Numbered from the stretch's first letter, positions 1 to 10,568 are shown. The stretch is 64,000 nucleotides of DNA from an uncultured delta proteobacterium (GCA_963727445.1 CAVSGI010000008.1:1-64000), one strand, 5' to 3'. The notes: generated by a model from the letters alone, not told the origin. Program-made: numbers and translations.

Positions 1-331
1 CGGTGGCATTGAATAGTTTTCTTACGTCATGGAAAGAATTATTTCTTCATTAAAATGAAGTAGTTAAAGGCTTAAGTACTCATGAGTGGTGTGGCAAGTG
101 CGTTTCTACTAGTGCTTGTCCACTTCCCAGAGGTACTAGAATGTTATAAATCTATTTGCAATAAAACCTCTATATTTTTAGCTTTAATTTACTGAATTTT
201 GAAACAAACAAAACAATACATAGCTTTCACTAATCGTCTAAATTTATGAGTTATACAATAAGTGATTGAAAGGTAACGATCAGAAAAAATTACGTTTTTT
301 AAGAAAGCCCAAACCAAGGAGGACCTTTTCC

Positions 332-1723
332 ATGAAAGAACAAAAGTTAAAGAAAGTCCTGTCAAACTTTGATTTATTATTCCTGGCCCTCGGAGCAATG
401 CTTGGATGGGGGTGGGTGGTGCTCTCTGGTACATGGATTACGGAAGCAGGCTCAATGGGAGCGGTTATCGCTTTTGTAATTGGTGGATTTCTTGTCATCT
501 GCGTGGGGTTAAACTATGCAGAACTCGCTTCAGCGATGCCCAAAGTTGGAGGAGAGCATGAATATGTTCATAAAGCTTTAGGAGCCAAGTACTCGTTTGT
601 AGCCTCCTGGGCAATCACTCTGGGATATGTATCCGTAGCTACTTTTGAAGCGGTGGCTCTCCCGACTGTCATTGACTACTTACTGCCGGATTACCAGGCT
701 GGTTATCTGTGGACCATTGCCGGCTGGGATGTTCACTTAAATTGGGTTTTGATTGGTTCAGTTGGTGCCTTAATTATTACGTTCATTAATTATATCGGCT
801 TAAAGCAGGCAGCCGTCCTGCAAACGGTATTTACTTTAATGATTATTGCCGTAGGACTCATATTAATTTTTGGCTCTGCCTTCCTTGGAGACCCAGGGAA
901 TCTATCTCCATTCTTTGTCGGAGGTGCAAGCGGCATCATGACCGTCTTAGTCATGGTCCCCTTCTTATTTGTCGGATTCGATGTCATTCCGCAGGTGGCG
1001 GAAGAAGCCAATCTGCCACGCAGGAAAATCGGTACATTATTGATTGTATCTGTAACCAGTGCTGTTGTATTCTATCTCGCGATTGCTTTAGGCGTGGGGT
1101 TAGGATTAAACCCTGCTCAGCTGGCAAATGCGCAACTCGCTTCTGCGGATGCGATGGGTGCACTATTTAATTCAAATACTTTTGCCCAAATTCTGATCCT
1201 TGGCGGTGTGGCTGGGATTATCACAAGCTGGAACTCTTTCATTATTGGAGGTAGCCGCGTCCTCTATGCGATGGCGAAATCCGGAATGCTGCCCGCATGG
1301 TTCGGTCGACTGCATCCTAAATACCAGACACCTTCGAATTCAATATTATTTATCGGCGTTCTTTCTATGCTAGCACCACTATTAGGGCGGTCCGCACTCG
1401 TATGGATTGTAGATGCTGGCGGCTTAGGAATTGTCGTTGCCTATTTCTTTGTAGCCCTATCTTTTATTGTATTAAGGAAAAAGAAACCCGAGATGGAGCG
1501 GCCTTTTCGCGCAGCCAAATCACCAATCTTTGGCTACTTAGCTCTAGTATTAAGTTTAGGGTTCATTGTTTTGTATTTCCCTGGTATGCCGGCAAGCCTG
1601 ATCTGGCCTTATGAATGGATCATGGTGGCAGGGTGGACTTTACTTGGTGCTTATTTCTTTATTCAGATGTTACGTGGAACGTATCAGAAGAAAATGAGTT
1701 CTGCTGAGGAGAAGGCATTGTAG
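332..1723 (+). CDS. APC-family amino acid permease
   Basis: About 12 hydrophobic segments, GAMLGWGW TM1 motif, AELASAMPKVGGE, FVGFD, SRVLYAMA; AGGAGG RBS ahead of ATG 332 (the ORF-track start at 266 is probably too early). Confidence 0.9.
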   Translation: MKEQKLKKVLSNFDLLFLALGAMLGWGWVVLSGTWITEAGSMGAVIAFVIGGFLVICVGLNYAELASAMPKVGGEHEYVHKALGAKYSFVASWAITLGYVSVATFEAVALPTVIDYLLPDYQAGYLWTIAGWDVHLNWVLIGSVGALIITFINYIGLKQAAVLQTVFTLMIIAVGLILIFGSAFLGDPGNLSPFFVGGASGIMTVLVMVPFLFVGFDVIPQVAEEANLPRRKIGTLLIVSVTSAVVFYLAIALGVGLGLNPAQLANAQLASADAMGALFNSNTFAQILILGGVAGIITSWNSFIIGGSRVLYAMAKSGMLPAWFGRLHPKYQTPSNSILFIGVLSMLAPLLGRSALVWIVDAGGLGIVVAYFFVALSFIVLRKKKPEMERPFRAAKSPIFGYLALVLSLGFIVLYFPGMPASLIWPYEWIMVAGWTLLGAYFFIQMLRGTYQKKMSSAEEKAL

Positions 1724-1859
1724 AAACAGAAAGGTAGCTTTTTTGCTGAAAAAAAGGAGATCTCGATCCTAATTTAAACCTAATTAGTAGCGTTCAGAAA
1801 AATACAATAAGATTTTAACTCCCTCGTTCGCTTCATATAGTAATGGGGGAGTTACTTTT

Positions 1860-2215
1860 ATGTCCCTAGGTACTGCTATAGCTAGGTCAATTAAGGAACA
1901 AGGCTTTTCGGTTATCTTACAACCGGTTAAGTACTATCAAAAATAAATGCCTCCTATCAACAGGGGGCTAGTAAGACTAGAGAAGAAATATTTAATGATT
2001 TAGCTAAATTTGAGTTGCTGGTATTAGATGATTTAGCATCAGAAGCAACAAGTAGAGGTGAACTTGATTGGAGTAAGAACATTATGTTTGAAATAATCAA
2101 TCATCGGAGTGGGAACCCAACAATTTATACTACGAATTTTAATTTGCAGCACTTACCGACAGACGTAGGAGAGAGCATCTATAGCCGTTTATTTAATAAT
2201 ATCAAGTTTATTTAA
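1860..2215 (+). pseudogene. Fragment of a DnaC/IstB-like ATPase (phage helicase-loader type)
   Basis: LVLDDLASE (Walker B), FEIINHR, PTIYTTN, SRLF motifs in 2015-2215; upstream AIARSIKEQGFSVI in a broken frame; no Walker A or N-terminus. Confidence 0.7.
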
Positions 2216-2436
2216 TTAGCGACAGAACATTATGGAAAAAATCAAAATTAATTAATATTTTAAATATATTATGGCATTTTGTTTTTTTAAAGTATTCTGT
2301 AGTAATTGAAGCCTGTTATTCAATAAACAATTGGATAACAGGCTTAGTTATTCATTAAAATGAGTAGAAAATCCTAAATTTATATTTAGAAGCAATGGCT
2401 AATAATGTAAAATGTTATTTAAGGGGGGGATCTAAA

Positions 2437-4089
2437 ATGTTAGACGAAGAGAATATTAAACAAGCACTTAACGACTATTATCGTGATGAAGAAAAAGAGG
2501 CTTTTATTAATGAAAATATAAAAGACAAATCTGATATAGAAATTAAAAATTTATTGCTAAATATAGAACAAAATGAAGCAGGTGGATTAATAGCCTTACG
2601 GGGCTTCTATTATCAATTCTTAGTTTGTTTAGAATATATAACTGAAATGCTAGATGGGCACTGGGATTTTGTCGCTATAGAATTGCATGACGACATCGTA
2701 GTCGGTTATGAGAAAAAAATAAGATTCATTCAGGTTAAATCGGGTGTTAAACCAACAGTAATACCTTCAGAAGTATCGAGTCTATATTTAAGAGAAAAAA
2801 AAGAAGAAGGTGATTCAACTTATCATATAAATAATAGTTGGGTAGATAAATTAATATCAAAGGCATCAATGTTTAAAAAAGAAAACAGTTTTGAAACCCA
2901 ATTTCAATTATATACTAGTTATCATATAGTAAAAACAGCAATAAACGTTGACAAATATACTGACAATAAAGATTTTGATATTCCTGTACATGAAGGTGAC
3001 TCGTTATATAAAAAGCTCTCTGAAGCAACTTATAATAGAGATTTAAGTGAATTTAACTATAAAGAGCAATGCGGAGAGTATCTCCATGAATTGCTAGGAA
3101 GATTTTACATAAAAACCGGACCTGTTTTGAATGACATTAATAAATTTGAAAGTTACTTAAAAGATAAAATAAGTAATTATCTGTTTACAGAGGGAGATGC
3201 GCAAAATATTAATATATCCAATGAGGATTTAAAAATGTTAATAGGCATCATCTGTTCTAAATGTATAGACAATGGTGAGTTGAAATCGCAAATTTTTACC
3301 AAAGAAAGCATTGATGAAATTCTATATACTATTAAAACTGCAATTATGAGTAGGGTGGGCGACTTTTACTCAGCAAACGATAATAAAAATTTAATTCAAA
3401 ATTCTACTGATATATTGGTTAAAGAGTTTAAAGATAATAAATTATATTCTGAAATCCTTCATTCATCTTATTCTTATAAAGACTATCTGGATAGTTGGAT
3501 TGAGAATAGTGGTGGTAACGTAAGAAGTATTATTAATAGGTTTATAGATGGGAAGAACAATTCTCTAACATATTCTAATATGGATAAAACCACTAAAGAA
3601 ACTAGACTAAAGGAGGTAATTCTCTTAGCAAATATAATAAACACAATAAGTAACCAAACTCTAGAGTTTGTAGATAAGGATTGGTTATTAACAAAGAGCA
3701 AAAACCCTAGTGAGTGGTTCGCCTTTTTTAGTGTTGGAAATGGTAATTTAGATAGGGCTGTTTCAAGTTTAGGAAATATTTTAGAATCAGCTCCTTTAAA
3801 TGCTAGTCTGAACATACAATTAAAAGATATAACTATAGTTTTATATAACTATAGAGATAGGTCTTTTAAAAAGAACGATGTACGTAATTTTGATACTAAA
3901 ATGTATGCAACAGACAATGTATTAGAGCACTCGATTTTTTCGTCACCTAAATTAAATACAGTTTCCATCCAATTAAGACTCGTTCCTGGTAAAGAACTAG
4001 AGGAAGCATATTTTGATCTTTCAAATAGTGATAATATTTTTGAGTTTCAAAAAGGGATGCATGATCAATGGATAGAGTTGGGAGGATAA
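2437..4089 (+). CDS. lmuA: Lamassu/ABC-3C effector with N-terminal Cap4/DUF4297-like PD-(D/E)xK dsDNA nuclease
   Basis: GGLIALRGFYYQ...ELHDDIVV...FIQVK nuclease signature; first gene of a tightly linked 3-gene operon ending in an SMC ATPase; G-rich RBS before ATG 2437. Confidence 0.75.
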   Translation: MLDEENIKQALNDYYRDEEKEAFINENIKDKSDIEIKNLLLNIEQNEAGGLIALRGFYYQFLVCLEYITEMLDGHWDFVAIELHDDIVVGYEKKIRFIQVKSGVKPTVIPSEVSSLYLREKKEEGDSTYHINNSWVDKLISKASMFKKENSFETQFQLYTSYHIVKTAINVDKYTDNKDFDIPVHEGDSLYKKLSEATYNRDLSEFNYKEQCGEYLHELLGRFYIKTGPVLNDINKFESYLKDKISNYLFTEGDAQNINISNEDLKMLIGIICSKCIDNGELKSQIFTKESIDEILYTIKTAIMSRVGDFYSANDNKNLIQNSTDILVKEFKDNKLYSEILHSSYSYKDYLDSWIENSGGNVRSIINRFIDGKNNSLTYSNMDKTTKETRLKEVILLANIINTISNQTLEFVDKDWLLTKSKNPSEWFAFFSVGNGNLDRAVSSLGNILESAPLNASLNIQLKDITIVLYNYRDRSFKKNDVRNFDTKMYATDNVLEHSIFSSPKLNTVSIQLRLVPGKELEEAYFDLSNSDNIFEFQKGMHDQWIELGG

Positions 4090-4091
4090 AT

Positions 4092-4637
4092 ATGCATGTG
4101 TTTAATTCTATAAACAACAGACTTGAGGTATTTGGTTTTGCAAGAAAGGATAGTGAAGAATTTAATAAACTTGGCTTAACATTTTACCAAAATAAATCTA
4201 AAAATATTTTTGTGAAGTCTTACGAACTTAAGCCTACTTTAGAGGATATACAAATAGAATCATTTAATATTCGAGAAACGATTACAAGTCAAAATATGAA
4301 TGTTTGGGAATCCTATTTTATTATAAGTTTTGACACTAGGAGTACTGTTTCAACAATAGAGAATGATTTTAACTACTTACTTGAGAGGGATAACAGCAGT
4401 ATCAGAAAGTATGTTATTCAAGAAGAAGAGGATTTAAATAGGATACCATTTCTAGATCTTACGAAAAATGAAGTTTTTTCATTCGACTTAAAAAGGAACC
4501 TTGATGAAACAAAGTATAGTACAGTCATTGATGAGATAATTGATGTTATTAAGAGGCAGGGTGGTCTTCAAAGGAAATTAAATGAAGAGCAAATCAATGT
4601 TGTTGTTAAAACTATAGAAAAGGATGTGAGCAAATAA
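4092..4637 (+). CDS. lmuC: ABC-three-component middle component (LmuC-like)
   Basis: About 180 aa gene between effector and SMC; GGAGG RBS at 4081; ERDNSSIRKYVI segment recalls the ABC-3C MC1 family (from memory). Confidence 0.6.
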   Translation: MHVFNSINNRLEVFGFARKDSEEFNKLGLTFYQNKSKNIFVKSYELKPTLEDIQIESFNIRETITSQNMNVWESYFIISFDTRSTVSTIENDFNYLLERDNSSIRKYVIQEEEDLNRIPFLDLTKNEVFSFDLKRNLDETKYSTVIDEIIDVIKRQGGLQRKLNEEQINVVVKTIEKDVSK

Positions 4638-4639
4638 TA

Positions 4640-7306
4640 ATGCGATTAAACTCAATTAAGATAAAAAATTTCAGAAACTATATGGGAGAACATTCTTTCG
4701 ATCTATCCCATAAATATACTATTCTATTTGGTGAGAATGGTTATGGAAAAAGCAGCTTTTTTGATGCAATTGAATGGGGACTAACTGGTACTATAAGTAG
4801 GTTTGATGATGACAATCTTAAAGAGGATATTTTAAATAGGTATGAATCTAGTAACAATTTAGAATGTAAAGTTGAATTAGAATTTGAGAAATACAAACTG
4901 ATCAGATCATTTACCTTTGACGGAACTTATTTTAAAAATACTCAAGTTAAAATTGTTGATATGCAAGGTATCATTATGAAGAATAATAATAAAGAAATAA
5001 ATTCTAAGCAAAAGGTTGATGATTTCTTATCCACAAAATTTAGTGGAAGTGTGATAAAAAATAATTTTGGAAAAATGCTAAAGCAAACGTATATTCTTTC
5101 GCAAGACCAAGTAACAGATTTTGTCGTAGATGATGACCCAAGACAAAGGTTTAGATCACTTGCAAATATTATGGGGTTGCAACAACTTCTAAATCTTTCA
5201 GACAATCTAAAGAAGACACTTTCACAAGTGAAAAAACAAGAGGAAGATTTACAAAGGGAAATACAAACAATTGATAAACAAGTCGAGAGTAAGGAAGAAA
5301 CTAAGGTTAAAATGGACCCATACGAGTTTAATTCTAAATTAAGTGAATTAGGATTAAATTACTCAGATAACATTAAAGAACAACTTCATAATATTAAGAA
5401 CAAAAGAATTGAGGAGAAACTGTATCAGAATCAAAAAATTAAAATCCTAAAGAACATCATAGAAAAAAATGATTCAATAAAATCTTTAGATATAAAAATA
5501 ACTACACTGGAAAATGAAACATCTTCTTTAAAGATAAAAGGTGAGAAGGTAAAAGAAGTACAAAAGGCTGCCAATATAAAAGAAAAAGACCTTAAACAGA
5601 TGTACAAAGATTTCGAGTCGCAAAAATACTATCAAAAAAAGATTTTAGAATATCAGAAAATCCTAAAAACCTCTAATTCACTTGGGAAACCACTGAATGA
5701 ATTAAAAGGGGTTGCTGACAATTACAATGACAAATTAAATAGTCTTTATTTTGCAGAAAATAGAATGCATAGTTATTCAAAATATAGTTTAGAACTATTA
5801 ACTATTCCTAAAACAATATCACAAAAGCAAGAAAAAATAAAAAGATTAGAGCGTAAATTAAGTAAAAGAGAAGAAATGTTAGTGAGGATAAAAGCTCTTT
5901 TATTAGATCATAATGATGGATTGCTAAAGACCTTAATTGATGGCATTTTGGATGTGAAATCATATTTAAAGAAGAACAAGCAAACTGAAGTATGCCCAGT
6001 TTGTTCTACCAATAAAGACGGAGAACTGCGTAACATAATAGAACACAACTTAAACCTTAACAATGAGTTGTTAGAATCACAATCATCATACTCAGAAAAG
6101 TTACTATCGGTTAAAAACACTTTATCAAATAAAATAACCAGATTAAATGTTGAAATAAAGAATGAAAATCTGGAATTAAAGGAACTTAATGGTCGATATG
6201 AATTAATAAAGGAAGAAATAAGCAAAATAATAAATAATGAATCTTTCAATGTATCTTTTTTTAAACAAGACCTCCAAAGTGTAATTAAAGAACGGGAAAA
6301 TATTGAGAAGAACATCACCAGTGTGAATAAAGCTATCAATACAATGATGGAAATGGATAAACTAAAGAAAAAATATAATCAAACGAAATTTTACAACTCA
6401 TTTGAAAATGAATATGCCTTAGTTCATGAACTAAACATATTAAGTAAAGCATTAAAGAGAATAACTTCAAACTTAGAAATAAAAAGAGATGATTATAGGA
6501 ATAAAAATAAAAAATTAGAAGAGTTACATAAGATTAAAAAAGATTTGGTCAACTATTTGGAAAATAATGAATATGAAGTTCCATTTGTACAATTGATAAA
6601 TACTTGTAATGAAATAATTAATAAAAACAAACAAGTATTGGACTCTATTGATAAATTGGAAAGTGTAAAGGAAGGTATTGATTCAAACAATAATATAGAA
6701 AAGCAAATTAATCTCCTACACAAGAACAAAAACGAAGTACAGGTTAAATTAAAATATATTAATAACTTAATTTTTGAACTAAATAAATATAAATCAAATG
6801 TGTTTGGAGATCTCGGAGAGAATGATATAGACCTTTTGAATGAGCCGAATTCCCCTATTCAAAAATATTATCGCTATTTAAATCCATTACCCTCGAACAG
6901 TCTTTTGACATTTAAAAATGAGGAAGATAAATTATGGATTAATATTCAATATGAAAATAGCAAATTAGAAAATAAATTGAATCTGGCAAAAAATGTATTG
7001 AGCTCTGGTCAATTATGTGTTTTAGCAATATCCATCTTTTTAGCAATAAATGATTCACAAGATTTACATGAAATTGACTTCATTGGAATTGATGATCCAA
7101 TTCAAAATATGGATGATGTCAACCAGTACTCCATTTGTGATGTTCTTAGTAATGTTAAAAAGCAATTGATATTCTCAACTCATGATATAAATTTTTTAAA
7201 ATTATTCCTAAAGAAAAATACTCATCAAATTTCAGATATTCAAGTGTATAATTTTCAAAGTCCTTTCTTAACTAAAGAAAGAGTGGAGAAGGTGTCGCTA
7301 ATTTAA
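4640..7306 (+). CDS. lmuB: Rad50/SbcC-like SMC ABC ATPase (LmuB-like)
   Basis: Walker A GENGYGKSS, Q-loop ILSQDQV, long coiled coils with central CPVC zinc hook, signature LSSGQ, Walker B/D-loop FIGIDDPIQNMDD, H-loop STHD. Confidence 0.85.
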   Translation: MRLNSIKIKNFRNYMGEHSFDLSHKYTILFGENGYGKSSFFDAIEWGLTGTISRFDDDNLKEDILNRYESSNNLECKVELEFEKYKLIRSFTFDGTYFKNTQVKIVDMQGIIMKNNNKEINSKQKVDDFLSTKFSGSVIKNNFGKMLKQTYILSQDQVTDFVVDDDPRQRFRSLANIMGLQQLLNLSDNLKKTLSQVKKQEEDLQREIQTIDKQVESKEETKVKMDPYEFNSKLSELGLNYSDNIKEQLHNIKNKRIEEKLYQNQKIKILKNIIEKNDSIKSLDIKITTLENETSSLKIKGEKVKEVQKAANIKEKDLKQMYKDFESQKYYQKKILEYQKILKTSNSLGKPLNELKGVADNYNDKLNSLYFAENRMHSYSKYSLELLTIPKTISQKQEKIKRLERKLSKREEMLVRIKALLLDHNDGLLKTLIDGILDVKSYLKKNKQTEVCPVCSTNKDGELRNIIEHNLNLNNELLESQSSYSEKLLSVKNTLSNKITRLNVEIKNENLELKELNGRYELIKEEISKIINNESFNVSFFKQDLQSVIKERENIEKNITSVNKAINTMMEMDKLKKKYNQTKFYNSFENEYALVHELNILSKALKRITSNLEIKRDDYRNKNKKLEELHKIKKDLVNYLENNEYEVPFVQLINTCNEIINKNKQVLDSIDKLESVKEGIDSNNNIEKQINLLHKNKNEVQVKLKYINNLIFELNKYKSNVFGDLGENDIDLLNEPNSPIQKYYRYLNPLPSNSLLTFKNEEDKLWINIQYENSKLENKLNLAKNVLSSGQLCVLAISIFLAINDSQDLHEIDFIGIDDPIQNMDDVNQYSICDVLSNVKKQLIFSTHDINFLKLFLKKNTHQISDIQVYNFQSPFLTKERVEKVSLI

Positions 7307-7377
7307 GGTTGTTAAATGTATATTATACTTGAGAAAGTAGGTACTTCTAATACAAGTTATTTTGCGACAACATAATC

Positions 7378-7414
7378 AAAGCGTCCAGATTATCATAATT
7401 TGGACGTGTTTTTT
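7378..7414 (+). terminator. Probable intrinsic terminator after the SMC gene
   Basis: GCGTCCAGATTAT/ATAATTTGGACGT stem followed by a T-run. Confidence 0.55.
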
Positions 7415-7569
7415 AATGAGGGTTTATGCAGAATCAACAACTCCCTACTGTGCTTCTATCTTGAACAGTGAAAATGTTTTATTTTATTAGAAAGGAGTAG
7501 TATTAATTGCAATTCGCGGTGTAAACTCCGCGGTATAATCATAAGGTACGTGAAAGTCTTTAATCAGAA

Positions 7570-8336
7570 TGTCAAGGACGTTTAATTTTATAAAAAATCG
7601 TCGGGTTAAAATTATACTAAGCTGCCAACTTATTTGACAGCTTTGTGCTTGAGGACGATAAGGTCGATGAACCTTGGGCGAAACCTGTAATGATCCACAA
7701 AGTCCAGTAACTTTTCATTCCACTCAATTTTAGGTCCATTTCTTAGATTTATAATGGTTTTCATATTATAAACAAGACTTTTTGCGTGACACCTCCAAAG
7801 TATTCAAAAGCATTAATGAGACATTGGAATAGTTGCTCTTGGTCTTGCTTTTCTGAAAAACAAACATAACTCATTCTTGAATAAGACAGAGTGTCCACAA
7901 ATATCATGAGGGGGATTGTATCTCCATCTATCTGATAAAGACCAGCTTCTTTCCAATCCACCTGCATTTGTTCTCCCGGTTCTGTTTCACACCTCCGGGT
8001 ATGACTTTCCTAAAGGACTTACGATAAGTGTGTACAAAATCTTTTAGAATCGTCTTCCCCCAGAATATCCCCTGAAATAGTTTTTCACAATTGAAAATAT
8101 GTAATCGTTTAAGTAAATAATCCTTGTAAGGATCTAACTTAGAGTTGGACAATGTCCGTATAAGACACCCCACGTTCTAGTAATTCTTTCACCTTTCATC
8201 GCTCTCCCTCCAGCTTCATAAACTAAATCTGCCCCTTTTAGGAATCAATTTAATTATGAAGCTTGGCGAAATTTAAGACGACGATTTTGTATGTTTTTAG
8301 CCGGCTATATTGTCCATTTTAAATACGACGCTTTCA
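7570..8336 (-). mobile_element. istA: Internally deleted IS21-family element (istA remnant)
   Basis: Frameshifted IstA fragments (SKLDPYKDYL; QVDW...TLSYSR...AFEYFGGV); element starts with TG (7570) and ends with CA (8336); both ends carry AAAATCGTCG..TTAAA-like subterminal repeats. Confidence 0.75.
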
Positions 8337-8415
8337 CTCCTTTTCACATTATAAAAAGATGGAGAGTAGTTTTTATATTATCTAGGTAGATTAGAAAACT
8401 TTTAAATAAATTAAC

Positions 8416-8443
8416 TAAACAGATGAATTAGTTAAGCCGATAT
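8416..8443 (+). promoter_or_regulatory. Sigma-D promoter of flagellin
   Basis: TAAA (8416-8419), 16-nt spacer, GCCGATAT (8436-8443): matches the sigma-D consensus. Confidence 0.85.
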
Positions 8444-8592
8444 AACTGGTGAAAGCATTACCAAGGGATTTATAGATGTTCATCACTAGGGATTTGAGAG
8501 GTATTTTGTTAGTGAATCTTTCTAAAAGAAAATGTAAGAATGGAATTATTTTAGGTTAGTGACTCTATAAAATAGAGTGATTATAGGTTCAT

Positions 8593-8640
8593 ATAGCCAA
8601 ATGGATGTGGCTGTATAGAAAACAAATTACATGGAGGTTT
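8593..8640 (+). promoter_or_regulatory. Two CsrA-binding-site-like GGA motifs in the flagellin leader
   Basis: Hairpin AGCCA-AATGGATG-TGGCT with GGA in the loop, plus ATGGAGG overlapping the SD; same layout as B. subtilis hag. Confidence 0.6.
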
Positions 8641-8646
8641 TTTTAA

Positions 8647-10305
8647 ATGAGAATTAATCACAACATTGCAGCATTAAACACGTATCGTCAGTTGGGACAA
8701 GCAAACGATGCAAGTTCAAAGTCAATGGAAAAACTATCTTCAGGTCTTCGAATTAACAATGCTGCTGATGATGCAGCAGGACTAGCAATTTCTGAAAAAA
8801 TGCGTGGACAAATTCGCGGTTTGGATCAAGCTAAAAGTAACGCACAAGATAGTATATCTATGATACAAACAGCGGAAGGAGCATTAAATGAATCCCACTC
8901 AATACTTCAACGTATGCGTGAACTTTCAGTTCAGTCCTCAAACGGAACCGTAACTGATGATGACCGTGCAAATATTCAGGATGAGTTAAACCAATTGACT
9001 TCAGAGCTTAACCGTGTTGGTAATACGACTGAATTTAATACGCAGAAGTTACTTAATGGGGGGATAAATTCTCCCGATGGAGCTAAAATAACTCAAGCGA
9101 CAAGTGCAACTTCAGAAATAGCAACAGGTTTTTCAGCTGGTGCTGTTTCAGCTGGTACATTTGTTAAAGTTGATGGTACAACTTTCGATTTAGAAGGGAT
9201 TACAACAACAGGAGTAGATGCTGCGAACGCAGAACTTATTGGTAATGCCACTGCTGGTGGTTTGAAACTATCAGATGTAGTAGACATAGAAGCTAATGCA
9301 GGTGGAGATGGATTTATTTTCACAGCTAAATCAGAAGGTGCAAACAGTGAAATAGAGTTTAGCCAATCAGCAGATACTGCAATCGCTTTAGGCGATACTC
9401 AAGCGACAGCCAATGGAACACCTACGACGGTAGAACGTCACGGGCTTGAAGCTACAAACGTACTTGGTGATTCGGCAGATACATCCATAGCCGCTGGAGA
9501 TATCCTAAGTATAACTGTAGGTGACGATAGTGCCGTAACTGTAGATCTTGATGAAAAAACATACGCTACTAACTCTGGTGCAGATGATAATGTTAAGCGT
9601 GCAGCAATGGATGAACTTATTAAGGATTTAAACGGCTCATTACAAAAAGCGGGTTTAAGTGATAAAGTTACTGCTTCACTTTCCTCTGATAATAAGGTTC
9701 AGTTTATTTCTGAGACTGGAAAAGACATCTCAGTTAAAGATGGCAGTGGAACTCCTATGACTTCACTAGGATTTGGGGGAAGTGAAACCATTGGAAATGT
9801 TGATCAAGTGGTTGGACCTGGTGCACAAGGAGCCGGCTTTTCCACTGAGTTCCAAATTGGTGCTAACACTGGTCAATCCATGTCGTTAACAATTAACGAT
9901 ATGCGTGCAAGTGCTTTAGGTGTAACTGGTAATGCAGGACAACAAGGGTTTACTGATTCTAATTCAGTTACCAACGGAACAAATGATATTAAAGCAGAAG
10001 CAGCACTTGATGTATCAACTGAAGCAGGTGCTTCTGCAGCTATCGATATAATTGATAATGCTATTTCAAATGTTTCAAAAGAACGTAGTAAAATGGGTGC
10101 CGTTCAAAACCGTTTAGACCACACAATCAACAACTTAGGAACATCTTCTGAAAATTTAACTGCTGCGGAATCTCGTATTCGTGACGTAGACATGGCGAAA
10201 GAAATGATGAACCAAACAAAACAAAGCATCCTTGCTCAAGCTTCTCAAGCAATGCTTGCAAAAGCAAACCAACAACCACAAGGCGTATTGCAGTTATTAC
10301 GTTAA
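8647..10305 (+). CDS. hag: Flagellin with a large variable domain
   Basis: [11 protein letters not shown]...[23 protein letters not shown]-terminus; [17 protein letters not shown]...[14 protein letters not shown]-terminus. Confidence 0.97.
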   Translation: MRINHNIAALNTYRQLGQANDASSKSMEKLSSGLRINNAADDAAGLAISEKMRGQIRGLDQAKSNAQDSISMIQTAEGALNESHSILQRMRELSVQSSNGTVTDDDRANIQDELNQLTSELNRVGNTTEFNTQKLLNGGINSPDGAKITQATSATSEIATGFSAGAVSAGTFVKVDGTTFDLEGITTTGVDAANAELIGNATAGGLKLSDVVDIEANAGGDGFIFTAKSEGANSEIEFSQSADTAIALGDTQATANGTPTTVERHGLEATNVLGDSADTSIAAGDILSITVGDDSAVTVDLDEKTYATNSGADDNVKRAAMDELIKDLNGSLQKAGLSDKVTASLSSDNKVQFISETGKDISVKDGSGTPMTSLGFGGSETIGNVDQVVGPGAQGAGFSTEFQIGANTGQSMSLTINDMRASALGVTGNAGQQGFTDSNSVTNGTNDIKAEAALDVSTEAGASAAIDIIDNAISNVSKERSKMGAVQNRLDHTINNLGTSSENLTAAESRIRDVDMAKEMMNQTKQSILAQASQAMLAKANQQPQGVLQLLR

Positions 10306-10323
10306 TTATGAAGTTCAAGAAGA

Positions 10324-10353
10324 AGACTCTAGTTATGCTAGGGTCTCTTTTTT
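10324..10353 (+). terminator. Intrinsic terminator after flagellin
   Basis: AGACTCTAG/CTAGGGTCT stem followed by a T-run. Confidence 0.65.
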
Positions 10354-10373
10354 CCTATAAAGGAGTGAATTAT

Positions 10374-10568
10374 ATGAACATTGTTGAGAGATATGAAACA
10401 GAATTTGCAGGAACACTTGTTAGTATAGTAGTAAAATATGAGAGAGATAAACCTTTTCCTTATTTAGCAGTAAGTTCACTCCACGTGGATGGTGTCGGAA
10501 AAAGTGTGGAGGAAGCAAAGGAAAAGTGTGAAAATGCAACACGGATAGAGATAAATGTGAATGGATAA
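10374..10568 (+). CDS. Small hypothetical protein (64 aa; HicB-N-like GKSVEEA motif)
   Basis: AAGGAG RBS before ATG 10374; G-x-S-x-EEA-x-E pattern. Confidence 0.55.
   Translation: MNIVERYETEFAGTLVSIVVKYERDKPFPYLAVSSLHVDGVGKSVEEAKEKCENATRIEINVNG

Noticed and set aside
1..53. 3' end of an upstream CDS
   Set aside because: Too short to identify
4640..7306. Housekeeping SbcC or Wadjet JetC
   Set aside because: No SbcD phosphoesterase and no four-gene jetABCD layout; the context is nuclease + small gene in an AT-rich island
1860..8336. Composite IS21 transposon (istB remnant left, istA remnant right) carrying the defence operon
   Set aside because: The IS21 remnant has both of its own ends at 7570 and 8336, and the left ATPase fragment is on the opposite strand and looks more like phage DnaC
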